Assembly (NCBI GenBank): GCA_040389905.1
Contig: JAZJZK010000007.1
Location: 351,492-415,491, forward strand
Source: Gemmatimonadota bacterium
GTDB taxonomy: Bacteria; Gemmatimonadota; Gemmatimonadetes; Gemmatimonadales; Gemmatimonadaceae
Direction of reading: 5' to 3'
DNA length: 64,000 nucleotides
Shown here: piece by piece, positions 56,944 through 64,000 of the stretch
Layout: every line of letters starts with the position of its first letter
Position numbering within the stretch: position 1 is the stretch's first letter
Made by a program: the position numbers and the translations under genes
Notes under the pieces: model-generated
What the model was told of the DNA's origin: nothing
Databases searched by the model: none
What the model saw: only the letters and a program-made list of their open reading frames with translations

Positions 56944-58194
56944 ATGAGCCACTCTCGCGGACGCGCAGCGCTTCGCGCACTGACAGGTCTCGTACTGGGT
57001 CTGACCGTCGGCGTGGCCCTGTCGACGTCGGAATCACCGGCGGCCGGCGCGATACTTCGCGACATCGAGCCACTCGGCGTCATGTGGGTGAACGCGATCC
57101 GCATGACCGTCATTCCCCTGGTCGTTGCCTCGCTGATCATTGCGGTGTCTGGCACCGCGCCTGGCACCGTGGGGCGACTGGGCGTCCGGGTATTTCTCAT
57201 CTTTACCGCGCTGCTGGCCGTCATCGCCGCCATCACTGCGGTGGTCGCCCCGTGGCTTTTCGAACGGCTCGCCATCGATCCGGCCGCCGCCGAGTCCATC
57301 CGAGCGGGTGTGCCGGCGATTCAGCGCCCCGAGCTTCCGTCGTTCTCCGCGTGGCTCATCGGCATCGTGCCAACGAATCCGATCAAGGCCGCGGCCGACG
57401 GCGCGATGCTCCCGCTCGTCGGATTCTCGCTCGCCTTCGGGCTCGCACTCGGACGGCTCGACGAGCCGCGACGCGAGTTCGTCGTCGCGTTCTTCCGCGG
57501 CATCGCGGAAGCAATGACGCTTCTGGTGTCGTGGGTCCTGTCACTCGCGCCGGTGGGTGTGTTCCTGCTCGCGCTGGTTCTGGCCGCGAAACTCGGCGCC
57601 GGCGTAGTTGGTGCAGTGGGCTTTTATATCCTCGTCCATTCGGGACTCTTGCTTCTGGCGACGGCGTTGCTGTACGTCGCGGTTATCCTGTTCGCGCGAG
57701 TCGCCGTGAGGGACTTCGCACGTGCAGCGCTCCCTGGTCAGCTCGTTGCGGTTACGACGCGTTCGTCCATGGCGGCCCTTCCCGCGTTGCTCACGTCGGC
57801 CGACGCGACGCTTCGTCTCCCCAACACCGTGACGAGCTTCGCGCTGCCGCTCGCGACGTCGACGTTCCGGTTGAATCAGGCGGTGACGTGGGTTGTCGTG
57901 ACACTCTTTGCGGCCAAATTGTACGGCATTGGGATCGGACCGGGTGTCATCGCGACGATTGCCGCGACGTCGGTGCTCATGAGCTTCAGCGTGCCGGGAA
58001 TCCCGAGTGCGTCGTTGTTCATGATCGCGCCTTTTCTGGCGACGGTCGGCATACCGCCAGAGAGCATTGGGGTGTTGATCGCGATCGATCTCATTCCTGA
58101 TGTCTTCAAGACGCTGCTCAACGTCACAGGACATCTGGCGTCAGTCACGTTGCTCGCCGGCCGAGAGGAGCTCCCGCCCGTTTTGTCGCCCTGA
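56944..58194 (+). CDS. Dicarboxylate/amino acid:cation symporter (paralog of 28408-29646)
   Basis: WVNAIRMTVIPLV, NPIKAAADGAMLPL, TRSS.AALP, D.FKT.LNVTG. Confidence 0.9.
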   Translation: MSHSRGRAALRALTGLVLGLTVGVALSTSESPAAGAILRDIEPLGVMWVNAIRMTVIPLVVASLIIAVSGTAPGTVGRLGVRVFLIFTALLAVIAAITAVVAPWLFERLAIDPAAAESIRAGVPAIQRPELPSFSAWLIGIVPTNPIKAAADGAMLPLVGFSLAFGLALGRLDEPRREFVVAFFRGIAEAMTLLVSWVLSLAPVGVFLLALVLAAKLGAGVVGAVGFYILVHSGLLLLATALLYVAVILFARVAVRDFARAALPGQLVAVTTRSSMAALPALLTSADATLRLPNTVTSFALPLATSTFRLNQAVTWVVVTLFAAKLYGIGIGPGVIATIAATSVLMSFSVPGIPSASLFMIAPFLATVGIPPESIGVLIAIDLIPDVFKTLLNVTGHLASVTLLAGREELPPVLSP

Positions 58195-58341
58195 GCACCG
58201 CGCTGCTTGCTAGAGGCTGGTTGGTATCGGCGCGATCGTTAGGAAGCGACGGCCGGCAACGGTGTGAACTCGGGGTGCGGCGAAGGAGGGAAGGGGCTAC
58301 TGTAGAATGCACGCCTTCTTCCCTCGGACTCCTGCTCCCCG

Positions 58342-59595
58342 ATGTTGCTCAATCAGACTCCGTTTTCCTCTAGCGTTCGACTCCTACGTGGTGCGGCCCT
58401 CGCCGTCCTGACCGCCGCCACGCTCTCGTGCGAAGTCACCTCCGCTCCAGAAGGTGATCGCGACATCGCCATCGGCGGCCTCTTCTCGCTCACCGGCAAC
58501 TGGGCGACGCTCGGCGTCACGAGCAAGGCCGCACTCGAGCTTGCCGTCGCTGACGTCAACGCGGCGTATGCGGGGAGTGGGTTGCATTTCACCGCCGATG
58601 TCGCTGATACCAAGCTCGATCCGCAAATCGCGCTCACGCAGGCGACCGAACTGCGCGCGCGCGGAGTGCAGATCATCATCGGCCCGCAGTCGAGTGCCGA
58701 GCTCGCCGTGCTCAAGCCGTACGTCGATGCGAATCCGGTCCTCATCGTCAGCCAATCGAGCACCGCCGGCACGCTCGCCGTTGCCGGTGACAACATCTTC
58801 CGCCTGACACCCGCTGATACACTCGAGGGTGTTGCCGCGGCGGCGCTGATGTACAATGACGGGGTCCGCTCGGTCGTTCCCATCTGGCGCGGCGATGCAG
58901 GGAATCGCGGGCTGCATACCTCCACGCAACTCGAGTTCGGTTTGCTTGGCGGAACGACGTCCACCGGCATCGAGTACGCGGCGACCGCGACGAACTTCAC
59001 GGCGCCGGTCTCCACCGTCAGCACACAGGTCCGCGCCGCGATCGCGCAGGTTGGCGCGAACCGGGTAGGCGTGTATCTCGCGGCGTTCGACGAGGTCGTC
59101 GATGTCTTCGTGGCTGCATCAGCCGACCCGGTGCTCTCGACCGTGCGCTGGTATGGCACCGACGGCGTCGCGCTGAGCGGGCCCATTCTCGCGAGTGCCG
59201 CCGCGGTGGCCTTCGCCACGAAGGTTGGCTATCCGAATCCGATCTTCGGGTTGTCCGATGCGAGGAAGGATGTGTGGGGTCCGATCGCCGCGCGCATTCA
59301 GGCGCAGGCCAAAGTGGAGCCCGACGCCTTTGCACTCGGCGTCTACGACGCGGTGTGGCTCGCGGCAGCAGCCTATGCGGCGTCGCCTCGCCCTGCGACG
59401 ATCGACCAGCTCCGCGCGCGCTTTGTGGCGGCGACGGGGTCGCACAATGGGACAACGGGATGGACGGTGCTCAACGCGGCGGGCGACCGAAAGTTCGCTG
59501 ACTTCGACTTCTGGTCGATCGTGAAGGATGCGTCGGGCACGCGCTGGGTGCGGACCGCGCAGTACGATACGCAGCTCAAGGTCCTGACGCGCTAA
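58342..59595 (+). CDS. Branched-chain amino acid-type ABC substrate-binding (LIV-BP-like) lipoprotein
   Basis: Lipobox-like TLSC; IGGLFSLTG; IIGPQSS; IFRLTP.D; YDAVW. Confidence 0.85.
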   Translation: MLLNQTPFSSSVRLLRGAALAVLTAATLSCEVTSAPEGDRDIAIGGLFSLTGNWATLGVTSKAALELAVADVNAAYAGSGLHFTADVADTKLDPQIALTQATELRARGVQIIIGPQSSAELAVLKPYVDANPVLIVSQSSTAGTLAVAGDNIFRLTPADTLEGVAAAALMYNDGVRSVVPIWRGDAGNRGLHTSTQLEFGLLGGTTSTGIEYAATATNFTAPVSTVSTQVRAAIAQVGANRVGVYLAAFDEVVDVFVAASADPVLSTVRWYGTDGVALSGPILASAAAVAFATKVGYPNPIFGLSDARKDVWGPIAARIQAQAKVEPDAFALGVYDAVWLAAAAYAASPRPATIDQLRARFVAATGSHNGTTGWTVLNAAGDRKFADFDFWSIVKDASGTRWVRTAQYDTQLKVLTR

Positions 59596-59624
59596 ACCGA
59601 GTCGCGCAGATCCTGGCAGAAACA

Positions 59625-59898
59625 CCGCAACTGCAAACATTAACCACAGAGGACACAGAGGACTACGGAAAAGCGTCTCGCAGAGGTCGCAGAGAACTGC
59701 AACAGCCGCAGAGGTCGCAGTGGACCGAGGGACCCACTGAAAACACGGCACGTTCATTATTACGCGTTCTTTTTGCAGTCCTCTGCGTGACCCCTGCCAC
59801 CTCTGCGTTCAATCAGTTGTTGTTGACCTATCTGAACGAGACGGATGCCGAACGCGATCGCAGCGCTGTATCTGCGTTGTCCTCCGTGTCCCTCAGTG
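59625..59898. repeat. Inverted array of CAGAG / CTCTG units with 9-nt period
   Basis: CACAGAGGACACAGAGG and CGCAGAGGTCGCAGAG versus CCTCTGCGTGACCCCTGCCACCTCTGCG and GTCCTCCGTGTCC; related half-site at 9318-9357. Confidence 0.75.
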
Positions 59899-60750
59899 CT
59901 CACCATCGCGCCGGCCGAGCTCCGAGTCGTACCGGAAATCAGCGAGATCCCCGACGCTCGTGAGTACGTGCGCCGCAGGCTCACCCTTCACGTAACGGTC
60001 GAGGAATGCGACGGCGTACTCGACGATGTCGTCGTGCGTCGGATTGTCTCGGCCGCCCCAGGTGAGGTGGCTCGCATTCCGAAACACGACGAGGTACTTC
60101 GCATCGGTTGCGAGATCGTACGCGCCGCCCTTACGCTGCAACGCACGCGTGATGCGGGCGTCGAGCGAGCCGCCCTGGAACATGATCGGCGCACGAATAT
60201 TGGCGAGCGATTTCTGCTCGATGAACGGCACGAGATACGGACAGAGTGCCAGCACCGCACTGGGCGATGTCGATCCGGCCCAGGAGCGCCAGCCTCCCGC
60301 GAGCGCCACCGCAGTGTATCCGCCAAGGGAGTGCCCAGCGTACGCATAGCGGCTGAAGTCGATGCGCGTGCGGAATCGAGCGTCGATCCGTAGCGCCGCC
60401 TCGATCGCATGCACGTCATTGCGACGATCGATGAACGTGTTCTCGTTCCACGTGCTCGGATCGGAAAATGAAACGTTCCGAGTGCTGGCCGGCGTGCGCC
60501 GGCGGCCGCATCCAGCATCGCCATGTCGTACCGAAACGACCCAGTACCCATTGTTTGCGAGCGCCCGGAGCAGATACCCGGGCTGCGTGGGACACCCGCC
60601 ATATCCGTGTGAGTAGATAACCAGCGGCGCGCGCCCGGACCCGGACGGCTTCCAGATTGACACCTCGCGCCCGGCCAAGGTGACGACCTGGTCCTGCGCG
60701 AAGGCAATACTCGATGTGAGCAGCAGTAGGCACGTAACGCGGCGAAGCAT
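59893..60750 (-). CDS. Exported alpha/beta hydrolase
   Basis: Signal peptide; SHGYGG; GHSLGG nucleophile elbow; G.LD; ASH. Confidence 0.88.
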   Translation of the reverse strand: MLRRVTCLLLLTSSIAFAQDQVVTLAGREVSIWKPSGSGRAPLVIYSHGYGGCPTQPGYLLRALANNGYWVVSVRHGDAGCGRRRTPASTRNVSFSDPSTWNENTFIDRRNDVHAIEAALRIDARFRTRIDFSRYAYAGHSLGGYTAVALAGGWRSWAGSTSPSAVLALCPYLVPFIEQKSLANIRAPIMFQGGSLDARITRALQRKGGAYDLATDAKYLVVFRNASHLTWGGRDNPTHDDIVEYAVAFLDRYVKGEPAAHVLTSVGDLADFRYDSELGRRDGEH

Positions 60751-60809
60751 GCCCACCAGAGTGGCAAGCGCAGGGCCAAACCTGCGCTCGCGTCCACTTC
60801 TTGACTCGG

Positions 60810-61910
60810 CTAGACGTTGAAGCGGAACAGCAATACGTCGCCGTCTTTCACGACGTATTCCTTTCCTTCCTGCCGCATGAGGCCCTTGTCCTTCACACCC
60901 TTCCATCCGCCATTGCGGATGAAATCGTCATAGCCCGCGGTCTCCGCCTTGATGAAGCCGCGTTCGAAGTCCGTGTGAATGACGCCGGCGGCCTGCGGCG
61001 CCGTATCACCGCGATGGATCGTCCACGCCCGCACTTCCTGTTCACCAGCGGTAAAGTACGTCTGGAGGCCGAGCAGGTGGTATCCGCCGCGAATGAGGCG
61101 GTCGAGTCCTGCGCTTTCGAGTCCCAAGGTCGCGAGAAAATCCTGACGATCCTCGGGCGGTAGCTCCGCCAGTTCACTCTCGATCTTTGCGGAGAAGGGA
61201 ACGATCTCCGCCTGCTCGCCGCTCGCGGCAATCGCCGCGCGCAGCGCAATGAGGTGCGGCCCCTCTTCGCCAGACAGCTCCGCATCGGTGACGTTCGCCG
61301 CATAGAGAATGGGCTTGGTCGTCATGAGCGTGAGCGGCTTGAGCAACGCGAGTTGGTCGGCGTCGAACTTCGCCTCCCAGAGCCCCTTTCCTTCCTTGAG
61401 GAACTCATGCGCGCGCTCGAGTGTCGGCAACTCCGCGAGGGCTTCCTTGTCGCCGGTCTTGGCTGACCGCTTTACGCGATCGAGCCGCTTTTCGACCGTG
61501 GCCAGGTCGGCGAGCGCGAGTTCGAATTCGATGACCTCGCGATCGCGCACGGGATCGACGGAACCCATGACATGCAGGATGTCATCGTCATCGAAGCAGC
61601 GCACGACATGCACGATCGCATCGGTCTCGCGGATGTTCGCGAGGAACTGGTTGCCGAGTCCTTCTCCCTTGCTCGCGCCCTCGACGAGTCCCGCGATGTC
61701 GACGAACTCGACCGCGGCTGGTACGGTGCGTTGGGGCTGCACGACATCCGCGAGTGCCTTGAGGCGATCATCAGGCACGCTGACGCGGCCGATGTTGGGG
61801 TCCTTGGTCGCGAACGGATAGTTGGCGGCGAGGACGCCTGCACTGGTCAGGGCGTTGAAGAGCGTGGATTTGCCGACGTTGGGAAGACCGACGATGCCGA
61901 GTCTGAGCAT
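60810..61910 (-). CDS. ychF: Redox-regulated ATPase YchF
   Basis: GLPNVGKST, ANYPF, DIAGLV.GASKGEGLGNQFL, IHTDFERGFI, FRFNV. Confidence 0.97.
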   Translation of the reverse strand: MLRLGIVGLPNVGKSTLFNALTSAGVLAANYPFATKDPNIGRVSVPDDRLKALADVVQPQRTVPAAVEFVDIAGLVEGASKGEGLGNQFLANIRETDAIVHVVRCFDDDDILHVMGSVDPVRDREVIEFELALADLATVEKRLDRVKRSAKTGDKEALAELPTLERAHEFLKEGKGLWEAKFDADQLALLKPLTLMTTKPILYAANVTDAELSGEEGPHLIALRAAIAASGEQAEIVPFSAKIESELAELPPEDRQDFLATLGLESAGLDRLIRGGYHLLGLQTYFTAGEQEVRAWTIHRGDTAPQAAGVIHTDFERGFIKAETAGYDDFIRNGGWKGVKDKGLMRQEGKEYVVKDGDVLLFRFNV

Positions 61911-61975
61911 GGAAAAGACTATGAGTGCAATGGAACGATGACGCGTTTGCGTCGCTCGCGCGCGAATGTTCGCGC

Positions 61976-62344
61976 ATGAGAGACTTCAAGAAGATAATCG
62001 CCTGGCAGAAGGCGCATGCGCTCAGCGTCGCGATCGGCCCTGCCGCAGACTGGCGACGGTTCCGAAAACGACCTCGGCTCCGCTCTCAGTTGCTCCGGGC
62101 GATCGACTCGATTGGCGGCTGTATTTCAGAGGGCGCTGGCAAGCCGACAACGCCCGAGTTCGCGCGCTACCTGGATATGGCGATGTCGTCGGCGCGAGAA
62201 GTGGATAACCACCTGCTGCTGGCTCGCGATATCGACTGCATGAACGCAGACGTCGCGGAGCGCTTGCTCGCGGACGTCGATGAGATACGACGGATTCTTT
62301 TCGTGTACACGCGTGAAGTTCGCAGGCGGGCGGATGACGAGTAA
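61976..62344 (+). CDS. Four-helix-bundle protein (23S rRNA IVP / bAvd-like superfamily)
   Basis: DF..I.AWQKAH; LRSQL.RA..SI...ISEG.G; EF.RYL..A..SA.E. Confidence 0.88.
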   Translation: MRDFKKIIAWQKAHALSVAIGPAADWRRFRKRPRLRSQLLRAIDSIGGCISEGAGKPTTPEFARYLDMAMSSAREVDNHLLLARDIDCMNADVAERLLADVDEIRRILFVYTREVRRRADDE

Positions 62345-62350
62345 TGCGCC

Positions 62351-62500
62351 GTAATCAGATGAGACAGGTGCTCAGTAGCCAACCGCAGCTAACAGAGCGA
62401 CAGGGGGTGTGGCGCTCCAGTGCATCGCACCGTGATCGCCACACCCCCTGTTGCTCTGTCGGCTGCGGCTGATCACTGAGCACCTGTCACATCTGATTAC
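62351..62500. repeat. 150-nt near-perfect hairpin
   Basis: GTAATCAGATGAGACAGGTGCTCAGT...ACAGGGGGTGTGGCG pairs with CGCCACACCCCCTGT...ACTGAGCACCTGTCACATCTGATTAC. Confidence 0.92.
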
Positions 62501-62512
62501 CGCGCACAAAAC

Positions 62513-63100
62513 TCAGCCCGACTTCGCCCGCGCCTGCACGTCCAGCGCCCCCTTGATCCCCTCGCGTACCCACGCCTCCACCGCCTCCGAGATCACCGGA
62601 AACAGCCCCCGAATCACCTCGCCTTCGCGCTTGCCTACTCCCCCGAGCACGTAGTCTTTCAAAGGCCCGCCGGGCGCCCGCTCCGGATCTCCAACCCCGA
62701 TCCTCAACCGCGCGTACTTCTGCGTCCCGAGTGCCTGATCGATCGACTTGAGTCCGTTGTGCCCTCCCGCTCCGCCCTCGGCTCGTACCCGCCAGGTGCC
62801 GGCGGGAATGGCAACGTCGTCGACGAGTACCATGAGATCCGTCGCCGCCGACCAGAAGGGGCGGCGTGCGTACTGCACCAGCACACCGCCGGACAGGTTC
62901 ATGTACGTCTGCGGCTTGACGAGACGGACGATTTCCTTGACGCCCGGAACGTGACCCTGCGCAGCACGCGCCTGGCCGTCCTTTTTCCACCCGTCGACGT
63001 TCCAGCGATCCGCCAGCGCATCGACGAGCCACCAGCCCACGTTGTGACGCGTGTGCTCGTACTCTTTTCCCGGGTTGCCCAGGCCAACGATCACCTTCAT
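62513..63100 (-). CDS. pth: Peptidyl-tRNA hydrolase
   Basis: VGLGNPG..Y..TRHNVG; KPQTYMNLSG; GGHNGLKS; RLRIG. Confidence 0.97.
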   Translation of the reverse strand: MKVIVGLGNPGKEYEHTRHNVGWWLVDALADRWNVDGWKKDGQARAAQGHVPGVKEIVRLVKPQTYMNLSGGVLVQYARRPFWSAATDLMVLVDDVAIPAGTWRVRAEGGAGGHNGLKSIDQALGTQKYARLRIGVGDPERAPGGPLKDYVLGGVGKREGEVIRGLFPVISEAVEAWVREGIKGALDVQARAKSG

Positions 63101-63125
63101 CGGGGTTCCATCATCCTCTGAATGC

Positions 63126-63162
63126 CGCGACGGCTCCGCCCCGGAAGGGCGGAGCCGTCGCG
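63126..63162. other. Perfect GC hairpin between rplY and pth (no U-tract)
   Basis: CGCGACGGCTCCGCCC-CGGAA-GGGCGGAGCCGTCGCG. Confidence 0.7.
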
Positions 63163-63189
63163 TGAGTGCTGCGAGCAGTGCCAAGAATG

Positions 63190-63834
63190 TTACTTCTTCG
63201 CGTCGTCGTCTTCCTTCGCCTTGCGGATCAACTCGGGCTCCGCAGCGCCCGGCTCGGCGGCGGCTGCCTCGACGGCCGCGCGCGGCGCGATCACGGCGCA
63301 GATCGTTGCATCTTCGTCGCTCAGGATTTCCAAACCCTCGGGAACCTTGAGGTCGCGCACGTGGAGCGAGTGGCCCATCGCGAGATGCGTGACATCGACA
63401 TCGATGTGGTTCGGAATGGCCGACGGATCGACGAGAATCTCGACGCTGTGCACGATCTGCTCGAGGAGCGCGCCGCTGAGGCGGACGCCATCCGGCACGC
63501 CGACGAACACGAGTGGCACCTTGACCGTGACCTTCTCACCGGCCACGAGCTCCTGGAAGTCGATGTGGAGCACGACCTTCTTGAACGGGTGGCGCTGAAT
63601 CTCGCGGATGAGCGTGTTGCTGTTGCCGCCGCCGAGCGAGAGATCGATGACCGTGCTGCCCGCGGTGATGGTGGACAGAAGCTTGTCGAGATCGCGTGCG
63701 TTGACCGACAGGCCCTGCGGTTCGCGGGCGTGACCATAGATGACGCCGGGAACGCGGCCTGCCGCGCGCAGCTTGCGTGCGACTCCCTTTCCGGTGTCCG
63801 AGCGCGTCTCCGCGCTGAGTGATGCCTTACCCAT
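63190..63834 (-). CDS. rplY: 50S ribosomal protein L25 / Ctc
   Basis: GKG.ARKLR..G.VPGVIYG; QRHP; HIDF; long form with C-terminal domain. Confidence 0.95.
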   Translation of the reverse strand: MGKASLSAETRSDTGKGVARKLRAAGRVPGVIYGHAREPQGLSVNARDLDKLLSTITAGSTVIDLSLGGGNSNTLIREIQRHPFKKVVLHIDFQELVAGEKVTVKVPLVFVGVPDGVRLSGALLEQIVHSVEILVDPSAIPNHIDVDVTHLAMGHSLHVRDLKVPEGLEILSDEDATICAVIAPRAAVEAAAAEPGAAEPELIRKAKEDDDAKK

Positions 63835-64000
63835 GACTGGATTCCTGATACGAGCGTGTTCGACTGCAGCGAACCGCGATGCCGGTGCTACTCTCAGGCG
63901 GCTGCGTCCGCCCTACCATGCCGGTGCTGCCAACAAGCAGCGTGTCGCGGGGAACCCTAAACCTAATAGGAGACGGGGGTCATGGGACAGGTAGTGCGAC

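Noticed and set aside
61976..62500. Diversity-generating retroelement suggested by the Avd-like fold and hairpin
   Set aside because: No reverse transcriptase and no TR/VR pair with adenine-specific mismatches in the window.
63101..63184. N-terminal extension of Pth from TTG 63184
   Set aside because: It spans a GC hairpin, and the canonical Pth start MKVIVGLGNPG is at 63100; not fully excluded.
63835..64000. Possible L25 leader RNA or end of an upstream gene
   Set aside because: Truncated by the window edge and no motif I can support.

Overview
High-GC bacterial chromosome segment. Gene content and order suggest a Gemmatimonadota-type organism (inference, not a database result). It is mostly housekeeping: lepB, a sigma70 factor, yajQ, rimO, rpmE-prfA-prmC-tmk, aroF, lolA, smc, rsfS, rplI-rpsR-rpsF, ychF, pth and rplY. 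It also carries exported proteins, two two-component systems, a Crp/MBL/CsgG/HD-GYP cluster and transporters. I saw no rRNA, tRNA or CRISPR array. The unusual content is mostly non-coding. (1) A family of TGTC-tagged REP-like palindromes occurs at nine loci. One inverted pair encloses a degenerate small GIY-YIG nuclease gene, a REPtron-like layout without a tyrosine transposase, and two loci are read in frame inside genes (prmC and a signal peptide). (2) Several other families of long intergenic inverted repeats have 6-, 7- or 9-nt periodicity, and a 150-nt hairpin sits behind a four-helix-bundle gene inserted into pth-ychF. (3) prfA has no ATG/GTG/TTG start for its N-terminal domain and lies in frame behind the UGA-C stop of rpmE. 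(4) One paralog of a tandem pair appears broken by a microhomology-bounded deletion.
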